Positions 1 through 10,780 of a stretch of 64,000 bases of DNA are shown here, piece after piece. Where the stretch lies: positions 1-64,000 of IMG/VR virus record IMGVR_UViG_3300042398_001307. One strand, written 5' to 3'. The notes under the pieces were generated by a model, which was not told the DNA's origin, made no database searches, and saw only the letters and a program-made list of their open reading frames with translations. Each line of letters begins with the position of its first letter. Within the stretch, counting starts at the first letter, position 1. Both the position numbers and the translations under genes were made by a program. The DNA is from a virus.

Positions 1-706
1 AATTACTAGAGGTAATCCATTGAATAGGTCTAAGTGGTGTTACATCTGCAGTAAATAAATGGTTTCCATTCTTAAAATTTGTGTTGTCTGCGGTAAGATA
101 TTCTGGCCCAACTACATAAATCGCATATTGATGTGTAGTAACCAACACACCATCAGTAATAGATACTGTAAAATTAAAGTTAGATGATGCATTATCAGGA
201 TCAGATGATTTCAAAACCGATATTGTTCCATAAATAAGACCAGTTTTAGATAATGTTAATCCTGGTGGTAATGCACCAGACGATATAAAATAGGTTATCT
301 GTTTATTAAGTGCAATATTAATGTTTATAGATTGTAATTGGTAATTTATATATGTATTATCTATTGCAAAATATTGGTATGCTGGTCCTATATCTAAATT
401 TACTTCATCTATAACAAACGATGGTGGATTTGATCCAGTTATTATAATATCAAATGTTCTATCTGAAAGATATGTCCCATCAAATGCTCTAATACAGAAT
501 GAAAATGTAGTATCAGACGCAACAATATTTGGATTTCCTTTAATTGATCCATTTTCTATATAAAGACCTGGCGGTAATTCGCCAGCTATTATCGTAAAGC
601 TTATTCCAGTTACTATAGATACTGGAAGTGGTATATCAACCGCTATTTGGTCTGGATATTCTCCGAAGTTATATCCAGATTTTTTAGTCCATACATTTAA
701 TGACAT
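1..706 (-). CDS. Virion structural protein with putative Ig-like repeats (partial, runs off window start)
   Basis: ATG at 706, MSLNVWTKKSG...GELPPGL...; LPPGL Ig-type motifs; TAAATA upstream. Confidence 0.6.
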   Translation of the reverse strand, partial: MSLNVWTKKSGYNFGEYPDQIAVDIPLPVSIVTGISFTIIAGELPPGLYIENGSIKGNPNIVASDTTFSFCIRAFDGTYLSDRTFDIIITGSNPPSFVIDEVNLDIGPAYQYFAIDNTYINYQLQSININIALNKQITYFISSGALPPGLTLSKTGLIYGTISVLKSSDPDNASSNFNFTVSITDGVLVTTHQYAIYVVGPEYLTADNTNFKNGNHLFTADVTPLRPIQWITSSN

Positions 707-749
707 GTTTTGATCTCTTTAATATATTTATTTTGTTCAAATAATAGCA

Positions 750-2324
750 TTATGCTGATACCAGCGTTGTTGGTAACGGGTGTAACCCAGCCCCAATTTC
801 TGTACTAATTAAATTGTTGTAGCCAGTTATTTGATCAATTGCATATGGATTGTAAAATGCTAGTGAGTGATATAAAACTGATGAACCAGCTACCCCATAA
901 ATTGCTCTCGTATCAACGCTTCCTATAGTACTAATACCTATTAAAGAGTTTATTATTACCAATGTACTATTAGATGTTAGTAATGAAAACCCATGAGAAG
1001 TTGTAGTTAAACTTGGTGTATTTGTTATATCACAGTCATTAACTAGTAATGTACCACCATTTATATCAATGGTTGCGGTGATTACAGAATCACTCATTTT
1101 CATATAGGTAGAGCCACTTATTATGATAGCATGAGCAGATGAAGTCACAGTATGTATCTTTTTTAAATATATATGTCCAGCAATCCCATTAATACAATGT
1201 GTTGTACCATCATGAGAAAATAAAGTAGATTCTATTTGTAATATAGAATTACTTCCAGTATTGTCAGCTTTTACCCCATACCCTGAACCAGTTACATGAA
1301 TCATAACATCGCTTAGTTTTAATGACTGAGAGTTTATTCCAGTAAAGAATACCCCAATCCCGTTAGTTGGTGCAGTGATAGTTATGTTAGTAATGCTGAA
1401 TACGTTCGATGTAATGATAGTTGAAGAACTATCAACTGTGATAGTTCCATATAATGTTACCGATCCAACAGTACCAGCACCAATGCCTGTTAAAAAAATA
1501 CCACCCCTGGTTAATACAACATCTTCTGTTATATTACTTAATAACCATATAAATATTGGATTAGTAGAATCATTGTTTTTTAGTATTGCTGCATCCATTG
1601 CATCTGCAATCGTGTGGAATGGGTTACTCATAGATCCTGATGGATTCATTATGTTTGAGTTTGGATCAACGTAATATACATTACTTGGCGTATTATCAAT
1701 CGAGTAGTCCTTTAAATCACTAATTTGTGATTCAGTAATACTAATACCAGTTGACTTGTTCCATGCAGTAAATACCGGATCAGTTTCAGTTGTTAAATAT
1801 GTTTTTAAATCACTAATTTGTGATTCAGTAATACTAATACCAGTTGACTTGTTCCATGCAGTAAATACCGGATCAGTTTCAGTTGTTAAATATGTTTTTA
1901 AATCACTAATCTGTGATTCTGTGATGCTAACGCCGGTTGATTTATCCCATGCAGTAAATACTGGATCGGTTTCAGTTGTTAAATATGTTTTTAAATCACT
2001 AATCTGTGATTCAGTAATACTAATACCAGTTGACTTGTTCCATGCAGTAAATACCGGATCAGTTTCAGTTGTTAAATATGCGGTATCATTGTCAGAAATC
2101 CAACTTAAATTCCCCAATCCATCATTTGATAAAAACCCAACACTATTACTAGGGAATACAGATCCTATATCAGTTAAATATGGTAATGCTCTCCAATGTA
2201 ATATACCATTACCAACTTTAATTTTATTATTCGTTGAATCATAAGATGGTTCGCCGTCTGCTAATATTGGATTATAAGTGTACCAGTTTTGATAGGTATC
2301 TCTTCTAAGTTTAATTTGTGCCAT
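750..2324 (-). CDS. Tail fiber/adhesin with 31-aa tandem repeats and beta-helix-like C-terminus
   Basis: N-terminal IKLRRDT..W...NPILADGE..KVGNG..W..LPY typical of fiber anchor domains. Confidence 0.7.
   Translation of the reverse strand: MAQIKLRRDTYQNWYTYNPILADGEPSYDSTNNKIKVGNGILHWRALPYLTDIGSVFPSNSVGFLSNDGLGNLSWISDNDTAYLTTETDPVFTAWNKSTGISITESQISDLKTYLTTETDPVFTAWDKSTGVSITESQISDLKTYLTTETDPVFTAWNKSTGISITESQISDLKTYLTTETDPVFTAWNKSTGISITESQISDLKDYSIDNTPSNVYYVDPNSNIMNPSGSMSNPFHTIADAMDAAILKNNDSTNPIFIWLLSNITEDVVLTRGGIFLTGIGAGTVGSVTLYGTITVDSSSTIITSNVFSITNITITAPTNGIGVFFTGINSQSLKLSDVMIHVTGSGYGVKADNTGSNSILQIESTLFSHDGTTHCINGIAGHIYLKKIHTVTSSAHAIIISGSTYMKMSDSVITATIDINGGTLLVNDCDITNTPSLTTTSHGFSLLTSNSTLVIINSLIGISTIGSVDTRAIYGVAGSSVLYHSLAFYNPYAIDQITGYNNLISTEIGAGLHPLPTTLVSA
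1711..2079 (-). repeat. 4 x 93-bp coding tandem repeat (YLTTETDPVFTAWNKSTGISITESQISDLKT)
   Basis: Direct repeats with 93-bp period (e.g. 1741 vs 1834). Confidence 0.95.
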
Positions 2325-2335
2325 TCCGTAGTCCT

Positions 2336-2788
2336 TTAATTTACATAATTAGTTGATGCATTACCACCATCTATTTCCAATGCAATATCTTTAAATGCGG
2401 TTGTTTGTTCTGATCCATCTGGAAACCGTAAACTACCAGCTTCAGTGAATGAAAATAGTTTGTTATTTCCAGGGTTTGAAACCAATAAATCAATATTTCC
2501 ACCAGTTTGTGTTAACAAAACACCATCTGGTCCTAATGTTAAATATGAATTCTCACCGGTTATAGTATTTTGATTAAAAGTAATATACCCAAGAGATGGC
2601 CCATCTGACCATGTTAACGAGGTGCCATTAGTTTTTAAATACTTTCCAGATTGATTAGTTTGTGATGGGATTATTATCGCACTGTATAATTCTGTAAAGT
2701 TTTGATTTACTTTCGTAAATGCAGTTCTTATTGGATCACCATGTTTATCATTAGCAGTTGTGCCTATATTAATTAGTTGCTGTGTCAT
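2336..2788 (-). CDS. Baseplate/tail protein (T4 gp9/gp10-like N-terminus)
   Basis: INIGTTANDKHGDPIRTAFTKVNQNFTELY motif. Confidence 0.65.
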   Translation of the reverse strand: MTQQLINIGTTANDKHGDPIRTAFTKVNQNFTELYSAIIIPSQTNQSGKYLKTNGTSLTWSDGPSLGYITFNQNTITGENSYLTLGPDGVLLTQTGGNIDLLVSNPGNNKLFSFTEAGSLRFPDGSEQTTAFKDIALEIDGGNASTNYVN

Positions 2789-4254
2789 TATCCTCTCCCA
2801 ACTGCAATTTCTATAATACCAACTTCACCGGTATCTTTATTTTCCAATGCTTTTCCTATGATAGCCCCTAGTTTTGGATCTAATGCTTTTATCGCATACC
2901 CTGGTGAGTTGGAGGTTGTTAGTAGATCACCTTTTTTTATTCTACCAATTACTTTGCATGGAATACGTCCAGCCAATGCTATACAAACCTTTTCACCGGT
3001 TTGTTCGGTATTCATAACATATGCTGGGTTAGTGGTTACCACACCAGCCACCCGGGTGTCATTAACCATTGATGACACCGTTACTTCTTTATCGCCACCA
3101 AAAATTAAAACAGTACCTGGCGCATAAACCGTATCACCCTCATAATATTCCGCTAAATCTGCATATGTAGCATTCAATGTAGAACCAGTGGTTAATGTCC
3201 ATGCTCCAGTAATTGTTCCACCCGTTGAAGTTGCACCGGTTGAAATACTAGTTGTTATTACATTCCCATTATGTACTGCATAAATTGTTTGGCAGTGAAT
3301 ATCACCAGATGCATCAGTTTTTACAATATGACTATCTGAGGAATTAGATGTACTAATAGGAATTACACTATATATATTATTTTTAGTATCAGTATTATCA
3401 TATGCTACTGACATAATTCCATTTGAAGTAAATGGGGTGTGTGGTACAAATAATTTATCAACATAATATTTTGTTACTGATTGTTTTTCTGAAACAGCAG
3501 ACGTACCAGCGCCAGCTAGTGGAGCTGGATGATCACTTAGGTACAACAGTCCAGTTAATGTATCACCACCTCTATACACCGCATCTTTACGTTGCATAGC
3601 TTCAGTAGATAGGTAATTACTTGTCAATGTTGAAATATAATCTGGATCAGTTGTTGGTGGGTATACTGGCTGAGGTCTTGTTTTTAATGCAGCGGTAACT
3701 GTATATTTACCAGCAATGTTATCAACGATATTACTAGCTACACCGGCTACATAATGATTTATTCCATAATTAACAGTTACTGGCAATTGATTAATAGTTG
3801 TAATAACACCTTCATCGATATGTGACCATATTTGATTAAATACATCAACTGTGACTGCACTAGGATCAGGTAGTCTACCGATTGGAAATAGATTTGCATT
3901 CATTGGCGTACTAAGTTCAGGTGAAGCATCACTCGCCAATCTTGCAATAATTGCTTGAGGGGATACTGAAATATCCAAATAACTATCATTAGCTTTTGCA
4001 AAAATTATACTGTTGTTACTAGATGTAAGAGTTCTTGCAGTTAATTTATGCAAAGTATGACTAGCCATTAATATTTGATCATTAGTATAGCTACTTGGTG
4101 CATCACTTAAATCAGTTATTCCGATTTTTCCAGCTATATTAAAAACTGCATATAATTCACTGAAGTTTGCATTAACTTTAGTGAACGATTCTCTAATACT
4201 ATCACCAGAACCATCATTTCCTTGAGTTCCAGTGTTAATTATTCTTTGTGACAT
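2788..4254 (-). CDS. Tail fiber/baseplate protein with C-terminal intramolecular chaperone-like domain
   Basis: NDGSGDSIRESFTKVN N-terminus; ADLAEYY...GRIPCKV C-terminus. Confidence 0.7.
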   Translation of the reverse strand: MSQRIINTGTQGNDGSGDSIRESFTKVNANFSELYAVFNIAGKIGITDLSDAPSSYTNDQILMASHTLHKLTARTLTSSNNSIIFAKANDSYLDISVSPQAIIARLASDASPELSTPMNANLFPIGRLPDPSAVTVDVFNQIWSHIDEGVITTINQLPVTVNYGINHYVAGVASNIVDNIAGKYTVTAALKTRPQPVYPPTTDPDYISTLTSNYLSTEAMQRKDAVYRGGDTLTGLLYLSDHPAPLAGAGTSAVSEKQSVTKYYVDKLFVPHTPFTSNGIMSVAYDNTDTKNNIYSVIPISTSNSSDSHIVKTDASGDIHCQTIYAVHNGNVITTSISTGATSTGGTITGAWTLTTGSTLNATYADLAEYYEGDTVYAPGTVLIFGGDKEVTVSSMVNDTRVAGVVTTNPAYVMNTEQTGEKVCIALAGRIPCKVIGRIKKGDLLTTSNSPGYAIKALDPKLGAIIGKALENKDTGEVGIIEIAVGRG

Positions 4255-4318
4255 ATAAAATACCTCATATTTAATGTATTTATCAAACGCATTTTATAAT
4301 CTTAATGTAAATAATATT

Positions 4319-4606
4319 ATGATTATAAAAACTGAATACATTACTACTGAACATACCAGAAAAAGTAAGTGTGGACATATACACGTTTATACTAGACGTA
4401 AAGAAGTCATTACATTATTATGCGATAATTGTGGTGAGATATTTAATCGGGATAGGGGATCAATGGATCCAAATAGATTAAACAATAATGTTTATCATGT
4501 GTGCAATAATTGTGATATGAAAAGGTTTGCACAATCAAAAGGTGTTGAAAATAAGAATTTTTGGAATTTACCAGCAAGTATTATAAAAACAATTGATCAA
4601 TTATAA
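4319..4606 (+). CDS. Hypothetical CxxC zinc-binding protein
   Basis: CDNC/CNNC pairs; TAAATA upstream. Confidence 0.5.
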   Translation: MIIKTEYITTEHTRKSKCGHIHVYTRRKEVITLLCDNCGEIFNRDRGSMDPNRLNNNVYHVCNNCDMKRFAQSKGVENKNFWNLPASIIKTIDQL

Positions 4607-4655
4607 AAAATATAAATTGTATATTATATTTTATAAATAAAATGAGGAGAAAATT

Positions 4656-4982
4656 ATGTTTGAATTTATTAAAAAATTATTTGGAATTAAGCAAGAAGAA
4701 ATTGCAGTTGTTGAAGAAACCGCAAAAAAGGTTGTTAAGCGTGTGAAAAAAGTAGCAGATGTTAACAATGATAATGTTGTTAATTTAGAAGATGTGAAAG
4801 AAGTTAAAAGACGTGTTACTAAAAAAGTAAAAGAAGTAGCAGATCTGAATAAAGATGGGAAGGTTGATTTAGCCGATGTATCAGCAGCAGTTAAAAAAGT
4901 TACTAAAAAAACAAAAGTAGTTGACCCAGTTGTAGAACCACCTCTACCTAAAAAACGTGGTAGAAAACCGAAAGCAAAATGA
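4656..4982 (+). CDS. Lys-rich protein with two EF-hand/dockerin-like DxNxDxxV loops
   Basis: GAGGAG RBS; ADVNNDNVV and ADLNKDGKVD. Confidence 0.6.
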   Translation: MFEFIKKLFGIKQEEIAVVEETAKKVVKRVKKVADVNNDNVVNLEDVKEVKRRVTKKVKEVADLNKDGKVDLADVSAAVKKVTKKTKVVDPVVEPPLPKKRGRKPKAK

Positions 4983-4985
4983 CTC

Positions 4986-5009
4986 AAAGGGGCTTATAGC
5001 CCCTTTTTT
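4986..5009. terminator. Bidirectional intrinsic terminator
   Basis: aaaGGGGCT-tat-AGCCCCttttt between convergent genes. Confidence 0.8.
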
Positions 5010-5277
5010 ATATCGTGCCTTTTATTTTACCAAAAATAAATTCTTGTTTTGTAATCCAACGTGTTCTAACTACCAGGCGTTTATTCATACCAAGATCTTC
5101 AAGAACGTAATCTGTACTCGTACCTTGATATGCATATGTAAGCCACATTATTTTTTTCGATAAATCACATCTAGTTGGAAACCAAACAAATTTAAGTTTC
5201 CATTTAGCATTGTTATAAAACATCCAATCATTTACATTCATTGCTATTACGTTCGCTATTTCTTCTTCTACATTCAT
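5008..5277 (-). CDS. Hypothetical protein
   Basis: ORF in operon context. Confidence 0.55.
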   Translation of the reverse strand: MNVEEEIANVIAMNVNDWMFYNNAKWKLKFVWFPTRCDLSKKIMWLTYAYQGTSTDYVLEDLGMNKRLVVRTRWITKQEFIFGKIKGTI

Positions 5278-5280
5278 ACA

Positions 5281-5832
5281 TCAATACCAGTCTGGGACTT
5301 CACGACCGCGAACTTTTCCTGACCAACTTGCAATATTTTGCTTTTTTAGTTTATAGTAATTACGATATGACGCAATAACATCACCTTTAATAATGCATTC
5401 ATCTGGCATTGCTGGTGTTGGTTCAGTAAATTGTTTGCTAGGGATATTCTTAGGCAAATTTTCAAATAGCATTTGGATCAATCCAGTATTCATGCACTTA
5501 TGAATTTTACCATATCGATATGTATATTCATCGGATAAGTCCCATAATAATGTTGCCAAGTAAAAGTAATTCTCGGATGATTGTCTTACCCACACTGATG
5601 AAGGGTGGTTAACATGTGTTGCTTTATATAACACTGAATCCAACGCAGGATTATCTAGTGACCATCTTTTTCGTTTGCGTCCGTTGACGAGTTCGATAGT
5701 CTGAGTACCATCTATTACCCTATGTGCAGTTGACAATAACTGAGCTGATTCTAATATCATTTTGATACAATGTTTATCATTATGATATTGTGCACAAATT
5801 TTAGTATCATGATGTAAATAAAAGATATTCAT
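5281..5832 (-). CDS. Pyrimidine-dimer DNA glycosylase-like protein (DenV-related family)
   Basis: MNIFYL..HxDKH..KMILESAQLLSTAH, YKATHxNHPS, PAMPD motifs. Confidence 0.7.
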   Translation of the reverse strand: MNIFYLHHDTKICAQYHNDKHCIKMILESAQLLSTAHRVIDGTQTIELVNGRKRKRWSLDNPALDSVLYKATHVNHPSSVWVRQSSENYFYLATLLWDLSDEYTYRYGKIHKCMNTGLIQMLFENLPKNIPSKQFTEPTPAMPDECIIKGDVIASYRNYYKLKKQNIASWSGKVRGREVPDWY

Positions 5833-5867
5833 ATGTTGCCTCTAAGAAAACGCATATTTTATGTTAA

Positions 5868-6212
5868 TTATGATTCGTTGTCAAGTGTGAGTTGTTTAAT
5901 GTGATCTTTTAGCTCTTTAATTTCAGAAAGCATATCATGCATCATTATATATTCGGTATGCTGATGCTCTAACAAATGAGAAATGACTTTCATGGTCCAA
6001 TACCACCAATTCATACAGATTATAAGCATTAGTGATACAACAATCCACCATATTGAAATATTATGAAGCCCAGAAAGCCAATCCCATCCAAAAATTAATA
6101 ACACAACCCCAGTGAATACAACGGAACTTGCAACAAGCCACCAGCGCCGCTGTTGATTGATTTTATTCATATCATGAGTGTGTTGTTCAATTAAAATAGA
6201 AAATCGTATCAT
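5868..6212 (-). CDS. Hypothetical membrane protein
   Basis: Two hydrophobic helices. Confidence 0.55.
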   Translation of the reverse strand: MIRFSILIEQHTHDMNKINQQRRWWLVASSVVFTGVVLLIFGWDWLSGLHNISIWWIVVSLMLIICMNWWYWTMKVISHLLEHQHTEYIMMHDMLSEIKELKDHIKQLTLDNES

Positions 6213-6243
6213 AAAGTATTTACCATTTATGATACGAATAATT

Positions 6244-7434
6244 TTAACCGACTTTTAATAGAATGATATCTTCGTTGATTCTACCATTCAATTTTGTATC
6301 AGTTGCATTAATATCTTCCAAAAATTTTCTCAATGCAATCTTACCGGCAGATTTGAATTCTTTAAGTTTCTCTTCTGGTTTACGTACAGTTTTTTGAATA
6401 CTTTTATGTTCGTCAAACCCAATGAGCGAAGTTCCTTTAACGCCCAATGGCCCAGTCATGTCATCTGATATATATTTTCCAAGTTTGCGAGTTTTGGTAT
6501 TGTAAATCCACAACTCCTTCGCACCAAGTACATCGGTTGGGTTTATCGAGACCAATTTTAATGGTTCAAATGTTTTCAAAAATTTTAGTTTTTCTACAAT
6601 CTTATCCTTTGGGACTGCTTTTTTAGCACGTGGTTTTCTGGTGATTTTTGCTTCTTCCATTAGCATTGTACAGGCGGAATCAATTTCTTTATAGAATGAC
6701 AATAGGTTAGTTAACTGTTTTTTGTTTCGATGTTTATAACCTTCTTTAAGGTCTTCATCCTTACCATCTAGCACTGCAGTTAATTCAGATAATCCAGATG
6801 AATAGTAATCTTTGATCACACGAGCGTGTGCTGCTTTAACTTCCTTCCCTTTTAGTAGGTTAATGATTTTAAACTGTTTTGGGTCAAATTTATCAGGCGT
6901 TTCCATCCATACTTCAATAGCATCTTCAATTTCTTCAGTCATTTTGAAAGTAGCTTCACGAACTCGTTCTTGAATACTAATTATTGGAGCACTTGGTTTA
7001 GACTCGGTTTCTTCATCAGATTCACTATCATTTTTACTGTCTTGGAGGACATTATTAATGGCATTTATTAACCAGGTTTTTGTATTAACCCCGTTATTGA
7101 AATCATCCCGTTGTTCTGGCATTCCTCTTGATAAACAACTGGCAATTGCACCCATTGTTGTACTAACTCGCCAATCTTTAGATTTTTTAAACTCAGATAT
7201 TACATCTTTATCGTACCCATTTTCAGTCATCCAAGATATCACTGCTGGTTTAAGGTCTTTTCCACTAAATTGGATATTGTAATAATGCATGGCATTATGA
7301 TAATGTTTTAAAAATTCAGTTGCCGATAATGATTCAGTATCATCCCACTTTGGACTCCAATCCTTATTCCGGTTTTCACGAATTGTTACACTAGTTATTT
7401 TAGCTTTTTTTGTTTTTTTAGCTACCTTTGCCAT
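6244..7434 (-). CDS. Conserved T4-like phage hypothetical protein
   Basis: Long ORF; C-terminal LWIYNTKTRKL...VKGTSL...NGRIN motif. Confidence 0.65.
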   Translation of the reverse strand: MAKVAKKTKKAKITSVTIRENRNKDWSPKWDDTESLSATEFLKHYHNAMHYYNIQFSGKDLKPAVISWMTENGYDKDVISEFKKSKDWRVSTTMGAIASCLSRGMPEQRDDFNNGVNTKTWLINAINNVLQDSKNDSESDEETESKPSAPIISIQERVREATFKMTEEIEDAIEVWMETPDKFDPKQFKIINLLKGKEVKAAHARVIKDYYSSGLSELTAVLDGKDEDLKEGYKHRNKKQLTNLLSFYKEIDSACTMLMEEAKITRKPRAKKAVPKDKIVEKLKFLKTFEPLKLVSINPTDVLGAKELWIYNTKTRKLGKYISDDMTGPLGVKGTSLIGFDEHKSIQKTVRKPEEKLKEFKSAGKIALRKFLEDINATDTKLNGRINEDIILLKVG

Positions 7435-7444
7435 ATAATTCCAT

Positions 7445-7630
7445 TTATTCAGTTGTATTAGTTATTTGACTTGGTTTTTCAGGACGTGATGAACAGAACA
7501 CACATTCAGGATCAGAACATTTATCCTCCAACCATTTATTACAGAGCTCACAGTAGTAAACGTCATACTTATTACTGTATTGACGTTCACTCCCGCAAGT
7601 AGAACAAAAGTTTTTAGATACTATGTCCAC
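7445..7630 (-). CDS. Small Cys-rich zinc-finger protein
   Basis: Several CxxC motifs. Confidence 0.5.
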   Translation of the reverse strand: MDIVSKNFCSTCGSERQYSNKYDVYYCELCNKWLEDKCSDPECVFCSSRPEKPSQITNTTE

Positions 7631-8460
7631 AATGATCTTCTTATTTTAATCAATCTGATGAGCATCTCGTCTTCTTCTTGTTCGTATTGTGCTTCAATAT
7701 CTTGAAGTTTTTTATGTGATACATTCCGTTCAAGTTTCGAAGCAGGTGTTTCATTTTCAGTATCAAATATTGAAAGTATATCACCATCCTCACGATGTTT
7801 ATCACATAATTCAGACCAACCACTTACCTCATATGGATCTGGACGATTTGGATACACTTCTTTCCACCATGTATACAATTCTTTAATTTCCATAGCAGCT
7901 AGTGCTTGAGGTGTTGGTTGTCCATATTCTGGATCATTTTTATCACACCATTCTTCATTAGTTAATTTTGAAGCCCAGTCTAAATAATCTAAACCAGCTT
8001 CCGGACAGCGCCAAGTTCTCCATCTAAAGAAATTAGTTCTCCACCAAGGAACGCAATACATATCACGTTTTTCTTTATCCCATATAACATTATGCCATGC
8101 TTGTTCAACCTCGACAAAATTTACAAGTTCATTGAACAAACATGGTAAGAAACGATAACCGACATCTTGCCAGTTTCCTGGCTTAATGTCATTAGGATGA
8201 GCAGTTAATGCATGGCTTTTGACCACCCAACGATTATTGATGTAATAACGGAAAGAATGGAACATGTTATATGGCCAATATACAAAATCTTGTAACTTGT
8301 GTAAACCTACCTCTGCCAGCCAATATCGTATCGGATGAGTTGTTTTTGCCGTTTTATGCCACTTTCTCCATTCACCAGCAGTACCGTATTCTGGTTTTGG
8401 TGTTCCAGACAGCCATTTGGCGAATTTTGAACATGACCAGTAATTTGCATATTGTGCCAT
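7621..8460 (-). CDS. Hypothetical Trp-rich protein
   Basis: 279-aa ORF with RBS. Confidence 0.6.
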   Translation of the reverse strand: MAQYANYWSCSKFAKWLSGTPKPEYGTAGEWRKWHKTAKTTHPIRYWLAEVGLHKLQDFVYWPYNMFHSFRYYINNRWVVKSHALTAHPNDIKPGNWQDVGYRFLPCLFNELVNFVEVEQAWHNVIWDKEKRDMYCVPWWRTNFFRWRTWRCPEAGLDYLDWASKLTNEEWCDKNDPEYGQPTPQALAAMEIKELYTWWKEVYPNRPDPYEVSGWSELCDKHREDGDILSIFDTENETPASKLERNVSHKKLQDIEAQYEQEEDEMLIRLIKIRRSLWT

Positions 8461-8473
8461 ATATTCCTCTTTA

Positions 8474-8842
8474 TTATTTTACTAAAAATGGTTCTAAATT
8501 TGGTGGTGAAAAACTGGCTGGTTTTAAAACTTTTCCATCTTCACGTTTTTTAACCTTACCAGTCTCTGGATCGATTTTGCTCATATTAGACCGGATAACT
8601 TCATTCCATCCACCTTCTCCATCGAATCCAGCCGAATGAATTGCGCCAGCAATAACAACAATCATATCCAACAATGCATCTAACTGTTCGGTTTTATCAT
8701 TGTCATCGATTGCAACTTGTAATTCATTAAATTCTTCTCTAATGAGGTTCAAGTATAGATTGTACTGTGCTTCGTTGAAATTGTCAACTGTTTGGTCTGA
8801 TGCGACCATAAATGTTTCTTGATCTTTAAAAATATTTGTCAT
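8474..8842 (-). CDS. MazG-like / PRA-PH NTP pyrophosphohydrolase
   Basis: LIREEFNEL...LDALLD...EVIRSNMSK...KREDGKVLKP. Confidence 0.8.
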   Translation of the reverse strand: MTNIFKDQETFMVASDQTVDNFNEAQYNLYLNLIREEFNELQVAIDDNDKTEQLDALLDMIVVIAGAIHSAGFDGEGGWNEVIRSNMSKIDPETGKVKKREDGKVLKPASFSPPNLEPFLVK

Positions 8843-8852
8843 TTTAATTTCC

Positions 8853-9209
8853 TTATTGTTGTTTCTCTTCATTAAACCACCGTAGTATAAACCATGTGGC
8901 ATCCTCTGGTATTTCAAACATCCATTGTTCACGATAGCCGTTAAAATTGCCTTTTAAATTTTCTGAACACCATGTTTTAATATTGGGTTCATGTAATGAC
9001 CTAGCTATCGGATATGGAAGTTTTACTTGTGTCCAATCTGGGAAAGCTGTTTTAAATAACTCCCAAAAGATTTCTCTATCCATTTCTTCTTGAATTTCTT
9101 TTGCAAGAGTTTCAGACATCCAATCTTGTACTGGATCAATAGTCCAAGAAGCTTTTAATTTTCTAGGTGTAGCATTTATTGTTTTTGTTGTTATTTGAAT
9201 TGTAGACAT
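8853..9209 (-). CDS. Hypothetical protein
   Basis: ORF in operon. Confidence 0.5.
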   Translation of the reverse strand: MSTIQITTKTINATPRKLKASWTIDPVQDWMSETLAKEIQEEMDREIFWELFKTAFPDWTQVKLPYPIARSLHEPNIKTWCSENLKGNFNGYREQWMFEIPEDATWFILRWFNEEKQQ

Positions 9210-9225
9210 CCTTGTCCTTAAATAC

Positions 9226-9612
9226 TTATTCTACTTTACCACCAAAGTCTCTTAACTTCCTAATAAAGTCCTTGCGCGTTCGATAATCGGATATAACAAT
9301 AGTGCTTGTAGAAAATTCTGACTGATCAACCGCAATTTTTGAGTCTCTGAGACTATATCCAGTATACTCTCGAACTAGTTTGATAGCTGAAATAACAGAA
9401 CCATTAGTTCGAATATTCCCTATACTAAATTTTACTTCAGATGCAGACGACCCTTCAATCATTCTAAAGAACACCCGACCTTTTACTTCTTCACCAAGTG
9501 CAACATTCATTGCTTCCCAAACTTCCATTGCTTTATCAGCCCCATAATGTCTGGTTAAACTTTTAACAAACATCACACCATCATTTACAACGTCTTCTAA
9601 TGTCTCGCTCAT
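9226..9612 (-). CDS. Protein with ribosomal L7/L12 C-terminal-like motif
   Basis: ISAIKLVREYTGYSLRDSKIAVD. Confidence 0.55.
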   Translation of the reverse strand: MSETLEDVVNDGVMFVKSLTRHYGADKAMEVWEAMNVALGEEVKGRVFFRMIEGSSASEVKFSIGNIRTNGSVISAIKLVREYTGYSLRDSKIAVDQSEFSTSTIVISDYRTRKDFIRKLRDFGGKVE

Positions 9613-9619
9613 ATTTTTT

Positions 9620-9928
9620 TCACAGTGGATTACTTTTTAATACTATTAATGTAAATTCAACCGGGTCAACTTCTACTGTAAGACAATCTCCCCAGCGATG
9701 TTTTATAAACCGCACGTTATCACCATCTTGTCTCCAAATTCTTGTAGAGTTCAACATAAGTTTAAAGTATTGATCAATTACAACGGTATCATCAGATGAT
9801 ATTAAAACATTGTATCTAGCAAAATATTTCGAACCAAAACGATCAATTTCAGAATCTGCAATTTCATAATAAAGATTAGTCATCGTTGATGTTGAATTAA
9901 TGGTCTTTGGTTTTCTTTTAAATGCCAA
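9620..9928 (-). CDS. Hypothetical protein
   Basis: ORF in operon. Confidence 0.45.
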   Translation of the reverse strand: MAFKRKPKTINSTSTMTNLYYEIADSEIDRFGSKYFARYNVLISSDDTVVIDQYFKLMLNSTRIWRQDGDNVRFIKHRWGDCLTVEVDPVEFTLIVLKSNPL

Positions 9929-10190
9929 TCAAATTCAGTTCTACAATCGGAACAGCATTTTTTATTCATTGATCTAAAATGAAGTAATGCCCCATTACAT
10001 TTAGGGCATCTTTCCAATGGTTCTGAATGGTTCATTGTGGATCCACTTTATTAAGTTCAACTACGGTAGTTTCCGACACTGATGTGTCTTCCACCGGACC
10101 AATTTTTACATATGCAAAAACAATTACCAGCATAGTGATTGTTATCATCACAAATAGTGATACCAACACGTTTCTAATTAGCTCCATTGT

Positions 10191-10481
10191 TTAGTCCTCA
10201 TCGGTGTTATCGTGGGTTTCGTTTACTTCTTTAACTGTAGATTCTATCCACAGCATAGCTCGTAAAAAGCCTTCTGCCTCAACCGTGTTGATAGTTAAGC
10301 CGTCTGCTTTAATACTTTCGTAAAAGTCTTTAGCACGTCTAACTTCCCACTCAATTGTTTCAGTTAAGTGTTCGTACTTTTCTTGCGCGATTCTATTTGG
10401 CTTTGAACATTTATTTGCTTCGCGTACAATTAAGCATTTAATCGTGTCTACAATTGTTTGGTCAAGATCTTCGGTAGCCAT
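10191..10481 (-). CDS. Hypothetical protein
   Basis: ORF after a sigma70-like promoter. Confidence 0.5.
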   Translation of the reverse strand: MATEDLDQTIVDTIKCLIVREANKCSKPNRIAQEKYEHLTETIEWEVRRAKDFYESIKADGLTINTVEAEGFLRAMLWIESTVKEVNETHDNTDED

Positions 10482-10780
10482 ATGTTTCTCTTAGTGTGTT
10501 AAAATTGTATTATATCAAGTTGTTTAATAGATGTCAAGCAGATAATACCGATAAAAATCTGCAATTGGTATTCATTTCTGATGGGAACCATGTTTTTCCA
10601 GAATCCAATGATCTGCATAGATTATTATCTATAAGTTTGAACCGTATATATGAAAATTCATCATTTCTACCTAATGTTTCCCCCGCTAATAATGCTTCGT
10701 ATACTTCTCTATCGTTAATAAATGACATAGTGTTCCTGTGTGTTAAGTTTTAATATATTATAGCAAGTATTGTAGATTTG

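Noticed and set aside
1711-2079. Repeat as a DGR template/variable pair
   Set aside because: Tandem in-frame copies, differences not adenine-specific, no reverse transcriptase in the window.
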